A stretch of DNA of 25,431 nucleotides from a virus (taxonomy: Duplodnaviria; Caudoviricetes). The notes beneath the pieces are model-generated. The model ran no database searches and was not told where the DNA came from. It saw nothing but the letters and a program-made list of their open reading frames with translations. The number at the start of each line of letters is the position of its first letter. Position 1 is the first letter of the stretch. This document shows positions 1 through 7,997 of this stretch, piece after piece. The position numbers and the translations under genes are program-made. The stretch is taken from IMG/VR virus record IMGVR_UViG_3300032329_000193, positions 1-25,431 of that record; one strand, 5' to 3'.

Positions 1-122
1 GGATCGGCGTGGTGAAGCGTTAAAGTGCGTACCAAGTAGACCACCCGAGAAAGGGGGGTGAAATCGATTCTAGGGGCATTCTCGCTCCAAATTTAGCGTT
101 CTAGATTTTACGTGGTTTAAGA

Positions 123-141
123 TAGGACATGCAATGTCCGA
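123..141. promoter_or_regulatory. Operator-like palindrome, copy 1 (TAGGACA-TGCAA-TGTCCGA)
   Basis: Inverted repeat with 5-nt spacer; recurs at 348-366 and 818-836. Confidence 0.6.
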
Positions 142-143
142 GG

Positions 144-175
144 GTGAAATTAGTTCACACATGTGAAGTATTCAC
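144..175. repeat. Alternating GTGAA/TTCAC half-site array
   Basis: GTGAA 144-148, TTCAC 154-158, GTGAA 163-167, TTCAC 171-175, giving three overlapping inverted repeats. Confidence 0.5.
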
Positions 176-347
176 AATAGGAGTCCGAAAACAGGAGTGA
201 GAGAGTGGACAAGTGGAGGCACGAAAAGTTTTTGGGAGCGGGTGCGAGAGCCAGAACCAACTGCATCACCTTCCCCAGTATCTTTTTGATGCACCAAGGC
301 AGTCCCTATGCATTTATGACCATGCAAACACGTGTCAAGCATAAACG

Positions 348-366
348 TAGGACACGCTATGTCCTA
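348..366. promoter_or_regulatory. Operator-like palindrome, copy 2 (perfect TAGGACA-CGCTA-TGTCCTA)
   Basis: Perfect 7-bp inverted repeat ending 66 nt upstream of the terS ATG. Confidence 0.65.
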
Positions 367-432
367 TGCGATTCCTCGAGGAGAATCTTGACCGATTCGG
401 GAGTGGGATTACATGCGTGATCACCAACCCAT

Positions 433-1131
433 ATGCCGAAGAAAACTGCTCAGAATGTTGAAGCCCCCGAGGAGAATCGGATCGCACTGGTGGCGAAAGA
501 ATGTGAGGGGGCGAGGCTGGCATGCGGTACACGAGCGAAACCCACTCCGCAACTCGCTGAGAGCTTTGCGAAACTCATGGAGCTGGGAATGCCGATGAGC
601 CATGCGTGCAATCTCCTCCGAGTGAGTGAGACGAGCGTGCAGAAGTGGAGGACGTTATTCCCCGAGTGGCAAGAGGCCATAGATCGAGGGCGTGCGTTAT
701 TCGTGCAGGAGCACCTTAGTGGCATCAATGAAGTCGCTAAAAAAACGTGGCAAGCTCGAGCGTGGCTTCTCGAGCGGTGTCAACCGAAGTACTTCTCGAG
801 AGCACAAGAGATAGCCATAGGACATACCATGTCCCAAGCTCTGGGTGCTGAAGTTTTATCCAGACTAGCCGATGAAGAACCAGACAAAACTATCACCCTC
901 TCCTCTGAGCAGAATAGTATCGGAGAAACTATTTCAGCTGGGGAAGGCGGTGAACGATCCATCCTTCTCTCAAAAGATTCTCCAGATCACCAGAATTCAG
1001 AAATCACAGAATCGGATCATTTAGCCCCCCCCACCACCCCCCCTCCCCCCGCCACCACTACAGTATCCCCCCCTTCGAAAAAAATTTCATATAAAAAGAA
1101 GCCCCTCACCTCTACAGAGAGCCAGCCCTAG
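433..1131 (+). CDS. terS: Terminase small subunit (HTH-containing)
   Basis: HTH-like GMPMSHACNLLRVSETSVQKW and WQARAWLLERxxPxxF motif typical of this TerS class; directly upstream of terL; low-complexity C-terminus. Confidence 0.8.
   Translation: MPKKTAQNVEAPEENRIALVAKECEGARLACGTRAKPTPQLAESFAKLMELGMPMSHACNLLRVSETSVQKWRTLFPEWQEAIDRGRALFVQEHLSGINEVAKKTWQARAWLLERCQPKYFSRAQEIAIGHTMSQALGAEVLSRLADEEPDKTITLSSEQNSIGETISAGEGGERSILLSKDSPDHQNSEITESDHLAPPTTPPPPATTTVSPPSKKISYKKKPLTSTESQP
818..836. promoter_or_regulatory. Operator-like palindrome, copy 3, inside terS (TAGGACA-TACCA-TGTCCCA)
   Basis: Same half-sites and 5-nt spacer as copies 1 and 2. Confidence 0.5.
1025..1084. repeat. Four long C-runs followed by an A-tract (G-quadruplex-capable on the minus strand)
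   Basis: C8 1025-1032, C7 1037-1043, C6 1045-1050, C7 1067-1073, A7 1078-1084. Confidence 0.6.
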
Positions 1132-1137
1132 AATACC

Positions 1138-2568
1138 ATGGCTGTACAGAAGCGAGCCGTAAGCACTGGGCCAGCCCCCGCAATCGACTACAGTCTTTTC
1201 CGCAAGAGCCCTTCTGCATTCTCAGAGCACTTCCTTAAGCTTCAACAATACGATTGGCAAAAGAAGGTGCTGGATGACTTGGCATCTTTTAACCGAGTCG
1301 CACTTAAGGCTGCCAACGGCTCTGGTAAGACCAGCATGGTGGCTGCTCCGTTAGTTGTATGGTGGTGCGCCAGATTCCCAAGAAGCCAAGTGGTTACCAC
1401 CGCAGGCGTGTTTAGACAAGTACGTGATCAGTTGTGGCAACAAATCCACCAATGGGGGAGCGTGTTAAATGGGTGGGCTATTAACGCTTCTGATTTAGCA
1501 GCTCCCAACGGATCAAAGGCGATTGGATTCAGTACTGACGAACCCACTCGATTCGAGGGGTGGCACAATGACCGACTCCTTATGATATTTGACGAAGCTA
1601 AATCTATCCCAGATGGGATATGGCACGCAGCAGAGCGTTGCCAGCCAACATCTTGGCTGGCCATGAGTAGTACTGGAAACATCGACACAAGATTCGCAAA
1701 GTGCTTCTTAAACCCTACCAGCAAGTGGCTTAAACACAGCGTCACTGCTTACGACTGCAAGCATCTCGTAGATCGTGGCTCTTACATCCAAGACCAGATT
1801 GATGAGTATGGAGCAGATCACCCTCTAGTACGCAGCATGATCTTTTCAGAGTTCTTGGCTGGGGATGAGGGTGACACTGTTCTTAATATGAGCAAGCTAC
1901 GTGATCTAAAAGACAAGCCACCGAAAGCACTTAAAGACACTCCCCTCGCATTTATCGACTGGGGAGGTGGCGGTGACGAAACAGTGATAGCGGTGCGTAA
2001 TGGCAACAAGGTACTGCCTTTGATTGCTTGGGTGGCTAAGGACACCATGAGCACTGTAGGCAGAGCTATGACTGAGCTTAAGAAGCTTGGAGTGCCTAAA
2101 GATGGAGTGTGGGCTGACGATGGTGGATTGGGTAGGCCGATGAATGATCGAATGGCCGAGAACGGCTGGAGCGTGCATAGGTTCAACTTCGGAGCAAAAG
2201 CACGCAATCCAGCCTATATGCACAGAGGGGCTGAGGTTTGGTGGGAGCTTGCGAGGCTGGTTGAAAAGAAGGAAGTCATCCTTCCAGACGATGAGCTGCT
2301 TAACACTCAGCTAGTCACAAGAAGGGTGAGGGTGAATTCAGCTGGAAAGCTTGGATTGGAGCCAAAAGACGAAATGCGGAAACGTGGAGCGTCCAGCCCA
2401 GATCGAGCCGATGCGGTGGCTGGAGTATGCGGAGCCGTTCCCATGGGAGGAGTGTTGACTGAATTCGAAACAGACAGTACATCCGTGCGTAGCAATGAGT
2501 ACTTCCCACAACAAGAGGTGGAACGTGAGTTCTACGCTGACTGTGGAATCTTTGCAGGAGGTGAATAA
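1138..2568 (+). CDS. terL: Terminase large subunit
   Basis: Walker A AANGSGKT, Walker B LLMIFDEA, coupling motif AMSSTG, RNase H-like nuclease FIDWGGGGDE and SPDRADA. Confidence 0.95.
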   Translation: MAVQKRAVSTGPAPAIDYSLFRKSPSAFSEHFLKLQQYDWQKKVLDDLASFNRVALKAANGSGKTSMVAAPLVVWWCARFPRSQVVTTAGVFRQVRDQLWQQIHQWGSVLNGWAINASDLAAPNGSKAIGFSTDEPTRFEGWHNDRLLMIFDEAKSIPDGIWHAAERCQPTSWLAMSSTGNIDTRFAKCFLNPTSKWLKHSVTAYDCKHLVDRGSYIQDQIDEYGADHPLVRSMIFSEFLAGDEGDTVLNMSKLRDLKDKPPKALKDTPLAFIDWGGGGDETVIAVRNGNKVLPLIAWVAKDTMSTVGRAMTELKKLGVPKDGVWADDGGLGRPMNDRMAENGWSVHRFNFGAKARNPAYMHRGAEVWWELARLVEKKEVILPDDELLNTQLVTRRVRVNSAGKLGLEPKDEMRKRGASSPDRADAVAGVCGAVPMGGVLTEFETDSTSVRSNEYFPQQEVEREFYADCGIFAGGE

Positions 2569-2736
2569 ATGAATAGTTGGAAAACTACTGTGGCTGGAAT
2601 TCTATCAATCGTGGTGGCTCTCGCTAACGCTGGGCTCACCTTTTTGAAAACTGGATCGGTTCCAGAGATTGGCACGCTTATCGCTGCCATCACTGCTGGC
2701 GTGGGACTGATCCTCGCCAAAGACGCTGTCAAATAA
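2569..2736 (+). CDS. Small two-TM holin-like protein, 55 aa (not in the ORF track)
   Basis: Own translation MNSWKTTVAGILSIVVALANAGLTFLKTGSVPEIGTLIAAITAGVGLILAKDAVK; GGAGGT Shine-Dalgarno at 2557-2562; exactly fills the gap between the terL stop and the next ORF; two hydrophobic segments. Confidence 0.75.
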   Translation: MNSWKTTVAGILSIVVALANAGLTFLKTGSVPEIGTLIAAITAGVGLILAKDAVK

Positions 2737-2931
2737 GTGATCAGCGCAATCATCGGCATACTCAGTGCGATATTCAGCATCCTTGAAAAACTTATCCCAA
2801 ATCGTTCTGAAAAGAACATTAGGGACATTGTAAGTGAAGCTGAAAAGAATCGTTCTGCTGTTAGCTGGTGGATTGCTAATGGCGGGTTGCGCCACGACTC
2901 AGACGAGAGTTGTGACGAGCCGAAACGCTGA
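2737..2931 (+). CDS. Putative i-spanin (Rz-like)
   Basis: Hydrophobic N-terminus MISAIIGILSAIFSIL followed by a charged helix and one C-terminal Cys; overlapped out of frame by a lipoprotein ORF. Confidence 0.55.
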   Translation: MISAIIGILSAIFSILEKLIPNRSEKNIRDIVSEAEKNRSAVSWWIANGGLRHDSDESCDEPKR

Positions 2932-3052
2932 AAGGCTAATGGAAAGACCAGATGCAGAGAGTGCAAGAAAAGCTGCACCCATGTGGTGCAAAGACGCACT
3001 CAACACAATCATCGACCTAGAAACTCAAATCAAACTGAATAACATTAAATGA
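2834..3052 (+). CDS. Putative o-spanin (Rz1-like lipoprotein)
   Basis: Signal peptide MKLKRIVLLLAGGLLMAG-C with lipobox Cys; starts inside the preceding ORF in the +1 frame; second Cys in MWCKD. Confidence 0.7.
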   Translation: MKLKRIVLLLAGGLLMAGCATTQTRVVTSRNAERLMERPDAESARKAAPMWCKDALNTIIDLETQIKLNNIK

Positions 3053-4887
3053 AAGAACGTAACGAACTTTTCACAGCACTGATCGGAGACATTCGTGCTC
3101 GCACTGGTTGGGAGGAACGACAGAGACTTTGGTACGAGATGCGTCATGGTGGACTTAGGCGTAAGCGCCGTTTGCCTTGGCAGGCCGACCTACATTATCC
3201 ACTAAGTGATAGTATCGTCTCGAAACTAAAGCCTTTTTATTATCAGCAGATTTACGGCAACGAGCTGATTGCCACATTTACAGAGACCAGCCCATATGCA
3301 GACGAGAAGCTTTCTCGTGCGGTGAGTATCTGGTTTGATTACCACTTAAAACAAAAGAGCAATATCGAGCTAGAGATTCTCACTTGCATCGATCACCTTC
3401 TCACAAGCGGTCTTGGATATTTGAAAACCAGCTTTGACCCCGAGACTGGTTCGGTTCGCTTTGATGCGGTTGATCCAATCCACGTAATCTTACCCTACTA
3501 CTCCGATGACATGCGGAATGTGGAGCGCATAGCACACGTGATGCACATGAGCCATGATGCCTACAAAGGTAACTCGCTATACAACCAAGAAATTCTTGAG
3601 CAGATCGTTGGCCGACAAGCTGACGGAGCTAAGCTCACTACTTACGAGGATGTGAAGCTTCGGCGTGAAGGAATCACTGTTGGAATGGATAAAGACCAAG
3701 TCGTGGTGTGGGAAGTTTACGAGCGTGATCCAAAGAAGAACACGATCTACGTTCACACGTTTTCACCAGTTGCGCCAGAGCTTGATGTGCGACCCACGTT
3801 TGAGCTCCCCTTCTCACACGGACAAGTCCCATTCGTTCCGTTTGTGATGGAGGTAAAGGATAAGGGCGTTTATTCAAGCCGTGGTATTTGCGAGGTGGTG
3901 GCTCCTTTCGAGAGCTACCTCTGCAAGCTGATGAATGAAAAGGCAGATGCCATCACTCTTTATAATCGTCCAATGTTCCGCAGTGAGCAGGACATTCCCA
4001 ACTCGAACAATCTTCGATTCGGGCCTGCCACAGTCCTCCCAGTCGGGGTGGCCCCAGTACCAATGCCTCAGCCTCCGATCAGTTTTGATCAAGAGATGAT
4101 AAACCAGCGAATGATCGCCGAGTATCTGGTGGCCATGCCCGATTTTGGGATGGGACAACAACAGAGTTCAAAGAATGCTCGTACTGCAACTGAAATTTCT
4201 CAGATCGGGGCACTCATGGGACAAAGCACCGATCTTCGTGCTCGGGTATTTAGGTTGTCTCTTGCACAAGTTTATCGGCAGGCGTGGGCAATTCTTTGTC
4301 AATTTGCCAAGAAGGACTTGGTTTTCATGTTTAATGGCAAGTTTGGAATTCTTCCAGAAAAGGCTCTGGAGGCCGAGTATTCTGTGATGCCAAGCGGAAG
4401 TGCTGACGGAGTTAACAAAGCAGTTCAGTTCCAGAAGGCTGTGGCACGAATGCAAATGTTCGCCAACAACCCCACGGTTGACCAAGTGGGTCTTATCCGT
4501 TCCGTTCTTGAGCAGGATGACCCATCTCTAGCCAACAAGCTTATTGTGGACAACGGAGCCAAGGCTCTCACCGAAGGTGAAGAGCAGGCCATGGAGAATC
4601 TTGTGATGGAGAGCGGAGTGCCAGCAGCAGTGGACGGAAACGATGACCACATGGTGCACATCCAGACTTTGGTTGGAAGGGTGCAGCAAGTGCAGGCTTC
4701 TGGCGGTGGTAATCCGCAGGCTCAACAACTTTACGCTCAGCACTTAGAGCAACATTTACAGGCTCTAGGACAGCGTGATAAAAACGCAGAAAGAGCTATT
4801 AGGAAGCAACTTGCACAGATGAGTCAAGCCATGGCTCAGCAGCAAGCTCAACAACAAGGACAACAGCCTGCTCCTCAGCAGGCGTAA
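3049..4887 (+). CDS. Portal protein (podovirus-type)
   Basis: 612 aa between terL and scaffold/capsid; FSHGQVPFVPF...YSSRGI and ARTATEI motifs; Gln-rich C-terminal tail. Confidence 0.88.
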   Translation: MKERNELFTALIGDIRARTGWEERQRLWYEMRHGGLRRKRRLPWQADLHYPLSDSIVSKLKPFYYQQIYGNELIATFTETSPYADEKLSRAVSIWFDYHLKQKSNIELEILTCIDHLLTSGLGYLKTSFDPETGSVRFDAVDPIHVILPYYSDDMRNVERIAHVMHMSHDAYKGNSLYNQEILEQIVGRQADGAKLTTYEDVKLRREGITVGMDKDQVVVWEVYERDPKKNTIYVHTFSPVAPELDVRPTFELPFSHGQVPFVPFVMEVKDKGVYSSRGICEVVAPFESYLCKLMNEKADAITLYNRPMFRSEQDIPNSNNLRFGPATVLPVGVAPVPMPQPPISFDQEMINQRMIAEYLVAMPDFGMGQQQSSKNARTATEISQIGALMGQSTDLRARVFRLSLAQVYRQAWAILCQFAKKDLVFMFNGKFGILPEKALEAEYSVMPSGSADGVNKAVQFQKAVARMQMFANNPTVDQVGLIRSVLEQDDPSLANKLIVDNGAKALTEGEEQAMENLVMESGVPAAVDGNDDHMVHIQTLVGRVQQVQASGGGNPQAQQLYAQHLEQHLQALGQRDKNAERAIRKQLAQMSQAMAQQQAQQQGQQPAPQQA

Positions 4888-4892
4888 CAATT

Positions 4893-5246
4893 ATGCGTGC
4901 AATTAAAAATATGTTGCAGTCACTCAAGCTAGCATTACATCTGCTGCGATATGTTAAGAGCGGAGGCAAGCCAACTTGGGACGATGCAGACGCAACAGAG
5001 TACTCAAGATTCATGGACAGCTACGCAGGAAAAAAGCTGTGGGTTTTGCTCAACCAAATGCTCGAGCAGCGAGCCGTTCACGCTTGTAGCGGAGGAGGTG
5101 GTTCTTTCGCCTCTGGCAAAATCGCAGGGTTCAGAGAGGCAATAGCCGTCTTGGAATTTATGCGTATGTCAAATCAGAACGAAGACTTTTCCTCGGGAGA
5201 TGAGACTGGGGTCGGCTCGTCTCTAATTGAAAGGTATAGACCCTAA
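4893..5246 (+). CDS. Hypothetical protein in the conserved slot between portal and scaffold
   Basis: 117 aa; FMDSYAGKKL and GKIAGFREAI helix resemble the small post-portal proteins of podoviruses. Confidence 0.7.
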   Translation: MRAIKNMLQSLKLALHLLRYVKSGGKPTWDDADATEYSRFMDSYAGKKLWVLLNQMLEQRAVHACSGGGGSFASGKIAGFREAIAVLEFMRMSNQNEDFSSGDETGVGSSLIERYRP

Positions 5247-5274
5247 ACTTCGGGAGGGATAACCCGCAAACCCT

Positions 5275-6315
5275 ATGGAACAAGGCACCGAAAATACGAC
5301 ACCAGTGGACGCTGGGGTCACACAAGAATCTGGGGAGATCACGGAAGCTCAGCTTCGTGAGATGCTCGCCGAGATGGACGGAATTAAAACTCCGAAAGTC
5401 GAGGAAGTAGCTCAAGAAGCCAAGCCCGAAGAGCCCAAGGCGCAAACCCAAATCGCCGATGGGGATTCGAGTGCAGCCGATAAGTCCGAGCAAAATAAAG
5501 AAAAAGCAACCACCCCTACACCAGACGTGCAGGACAAAGTGGAAGCAAAAGAAACGAAGGAACTCCCCAAGGACAAAGGGGGCGCATCAGAATCCGTAGA
5601 CAAAACGGATTCCAAGTTTGCAAAAGACAATGCTCGCCTTTCCGAAAGCTGGAAAAAGCTTGAGGAAGAAAAGGCAGTTGTACGGAGGCAGGCTGAGGAG
5701 ATTAGGATCGCTAAAGAGAAAGCCGAAGAAGCAGCCATTAAAGCTGCTGGTGGTAATTCTCAATATAGCGCCGAAGAGCTCCGCAAGTTTGCCAAAGACT
5801 GGGATTACGAAGGCAAAGACGATCTAGCTAAAGAAGCAAGGCGTATGGCCGACCAAGTCGAGCGTGCCAATGAGATGAAGAAAGAGCGTGATGATCGCAA
5901 GATGAGGGAGATCAATGACATTCGCCAGAGCACAGCTCGGCAAGTGCTTGATCAGAACCCAGAGCTTAAAGATCAGAACAGCACTCTCTATAAAGCAGTG
6001 GCAGGCATTGCAAACTCGGAGGATCAGTCCATCCGTGATTTCATTAACAATCACCCCAATGGATTAATTTATGCAGCCCAGATCGCAAAGATGCAGATCG
6101 CTGCGGAATCTGCTGCGTCCCTCAAGTCAGAGGTGGAGAAACTTCAAAAAGAAAATGCCGATTTCAAGAAGCGCTTGAGCGTTGGCTCTTCCAGTCCATC
6201 TAAACCCTCACAAGGCAAAAAGTCCTTTGAGAAGATGGACGGAAAAGAGCAAGAGGATTTCCTCAACAAGCTCGTGCGTGACTATGACAACGGCGTACTA
6301 ACAGGAGTTATATAA
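5275..6315 (+). CDS. Capsid scaffolding protein
   Basis: Highly charged, coiled-coil-rich 346 aa with a disordered acidic N-terminus and short C-terminal helix; immediately upstream of the capsid gene. Confidence 0.8.
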   Translation: MEQGTENTTPVDAGVTQESGEITEAQLREMLAEMDGIKTPKVEEVAQEAKPEEPKAQTQIADGDSSAADKSEQNKEKATTPTPDVQDKVEAKETKELPKDKGGASESVDKTDSKFAKDNARLSESWKKLEEEKAVVRRQAEEIRIAKEKAEEAAIKAAGGNSQYSAEELRKFAKDWDYEGKDDLAKEARRMADQVERANEMKKERDDRKMREINDIRQSTARQVLDQNPELKDQNSTLYKAVAGIANSEDQSIRDFINNHPNGLIYAAQIAKMQIAAESAASLKSEVEKLQKENADFKKRLSVGSSSPSKPSQGKKSFEKMDGKEQEDFLNKLVRDYDNGVLTGVI

Positions 6316-6319
6316 TTTT

Positions 6320-7372
6320 ATGGCAGACATGAAAATTGGCTCTGGCGGTGGTTCTACTAACCCAGCTTCGCTCGGTAGCTATTTCCAGCCAGTTCTAAAT
6401 AAGCAGTTGATTGACCGCATCTCAGAAACCCTCAAACTTAACGAGCTCGCTCAGCAAGTTGATCTTCCGAAGAACCTCGGCGCAAAAAGCGTCAAGTTCT
6501 TCCAGTTCGATGTTGCTCCCGATGCAACGAAAGTTCAAACCCTCAGCGAAGGAGTTGCTCCTTCTAGTTCCACCTATCGTGAACTCGGCCTAAACACTGT
6601 TTCGGTTGATTTGGCGCAGTATGGTGAAATCCTCACAGTTTCCGACCTCCTCTCGGCGACCAGCTTGCTGGACGTTTTGAAAGAAGGAGTGAAGGTTCTT
6701 GGGCAGGATGCAGCCTTGAAAGCTGACAACATCAGTCGTGACGCTCTCGTCACTGGCACCGACATCCAAGGCAATGGCGCTGCGAAGCGTTATGCTGGTG
6801 GAAGCGGAACTGGCAATACTACATTCGCCAACATCAAGGCAGCCACAGTTGCGAACTCATTCATCAGCTCGACTGATCTGCTCGATGCAGTGACTCAGCT
6901 GAAAGCCAACAAAGCCAATCCGTTCAACGGAAAATTCACCGCTATCGTGCCTCCGCAAGTTAGCCGTGACATGTTCCGTGATACCGATTTCCTCAACAAC
7001 ATCTGGTATGGTGGGGAAAAAGGAGTCGGAAGCATTGTAAAAGGCGAGATCGGGACTTTTTACGGAGTCCGTATTGTGGAAGCAAGTAACCCCTTCATCG
7101 AAGCGTCTGACGCTGCGTCCGAAGGAACCTTCGCTTCTGGTGGCAATATCTTCAGCACCTTGGTGCTCGGTGAGAATGCCTTCGGAGTTGTGAAGCTCGC
7201 TGGCGATTCGCCCATGTCACCCAAGGTGACTGTGCTGACTGCGCCCGATAAGAGCGACATCTTGAATCAGTCTATCAAGGCTGGTTACAAGTGCTACTAC
7301 GCTGCGAAGCTGTTGAACGGCAAGCGTGCTGTGGTGGTCAAGTCCAAGTCTCGTTTCGTTAACGCCTCCTAA
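6320..7372 (+). CDS. Major capsid protein (HK97 fold, N4-gp56-like)
   Basis: LPKNLGAKSVKF, LSEGVAP, LAQYGE, GEIGTFYGVRIVE, LGENAFG and DILNQ...GYK motifs characteristic of N4-gp56-family capsid proteins. Confidence 0.92.
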   Translation: MADMKIGSGGGSTNPASLGSYFQPVLNKQLIDRISETLKLNELAQQVDLPKNLGAKSVKFFQFDVAPDATKVQTLSEGVAPSSSTYRELGLNTVSVDLAQYGEILTVSDLLSATSLLDVLKEGVKVLGQDAALKADNISRDALVTGTDIQGNGAAKRYAGGSGTGNTTFANIKAATVANSFISSTDLLDAVTQLKANKANPFNGKFTAIVPPQVSRDMFRDTDFLNNIWYGGEKGVGSIVKGEIGTFYGVRIVEASNPFIEASDAASEGTFASGGNIFSTLVLGENAFGVVKLAGDSPMSPKVTVLTAPDKSDILNQSIKAGYKCYYAAKLLNGKRAVVVKSKSRFVNAS

Positions 7373-7376
7373 GTTA

Positions 7377-7754
7377 ATGGGTGGGGGATTAATCATCGTG
7401 GTTGGTGATGGATCGGGGGGAGGAGCTCGCAAGAGCTCTTCCCCCTCCCCTACTTCAAAAGGAAAGGAACATATGGACAAGATGAAAGCAATGGCTCAAG
7501 AGGAGGCTCAAGAGACTCCCGAAGAGCAGAAGGCTGAAAAATCATTCACGATTCCAGCATCTATGGTGCCCGAGGGTGCCGAGGTTGGAAGCATGCTGAG
7601 GATTGAAGGCCAAATCAAAAGCGTTGATGGCGATACCGCCACTCTCGAATGCGAGAAGTATGAAGAAATCGCAAACGATGGGAACGAGCCCTCCGAAGAG
7701 GATGCTCGTGCTTACGCAAAACAAATGGACGATGAAATGGGGTACGCTGACTAA
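7377..7754 (+). CDS. Acidic hypothetical protein (alternative start at 7473)
   Basis: In-frame ATG 4 nt after the capsid stop; second in-frame ATG at 7473 has an AGGAAAGGA SD; small beta domain EVGSMLRIEGQIKSVDGDTATL. Confidence 0.65.
   Translation: MGGGLIIVVGDGSGGGARKSSSPSPTSKGKEHMDKMKAMAQEEAQETPEEQKAEKSFTIPASMVPEGAEVGSMLRIEGQIKSVDGDTATLECEKYEEIANDGNEPSEEDARAYAKQMDDEMGYAD
7415..7446 (+). terminator. Strong GC-rich hairpin downstream of the capsid gene (terminator-like or mRNA-stabilising)
   Basis: GGGGGGAGGAGCTC-GCAA-GAGCTCTTCCCCCT: 14-bp stem with two G-U pairs and a GNRA tetraloop; no U-tract follows. Confidence 0.5.
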
Positions 7755-7994
7755 ATGCCAATCTACACCTACCAGACTCCAAAGGGCCCAGTAGACGAGA
7801 TTCGCAACGTGGAGGATCGGGACAAAGGGGAGTTTCCCCGCACTCTCACATCCATCTACGTACCAAACGGAGCTCAAGACCCTAACTCAGCGGAAGCTGG
7901 AGCTAAGCGGTACTATCGGGAAACGGAGTTGAAAGGTGAGAAAGTAAGTAGTCACTACACCAAGAATCAAATCAAAAGTATTTGGGGGATATAA
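7755..7994 (+). CDS. Hypothetical protein with FmdB-like MPIYTY N-terminus
   Basis: 79 aa; abuts the previous stop (TAA-ATG); lacks the CxxC pairs of FmdB zinc ribbons. Confidence 0.7.
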   Translation: MPIYTYQTPKGPVDEIRNVEDRDKGEFPRTLTSIYVPNGAQDPNSAEAGAKRYYRETELKGEKVSSHYTKNQIKSIWGI

Positions 7995-7997
7995 TTT

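Noticed and set aside
310-415. Sigma70-like -35 boxes (TTGACA on the minus strand at 338-333; TTGACC at 388-393)
   Set aside because: No convincing TANNNT -10 element at 16-18 nt spacing.
205-603. Short ORFs 205-420, 335-532, 413-598 and 421-603
   Set aside because: No recognisable motifs; they overlap the palindromic leader or terS and are probably spurious.
123-836. CRISPR-array interpretation of the palindromic repeats
   Set aside because: Only 19 bp, irregular spacing (225 and 470 nt), one copy is coding, and there are no cas genes.
7326-7376. ORF-track start at 7326
   Set aside because: Overlaps the capsid 3' end; ATG 7377 or 7473 is more plausible.
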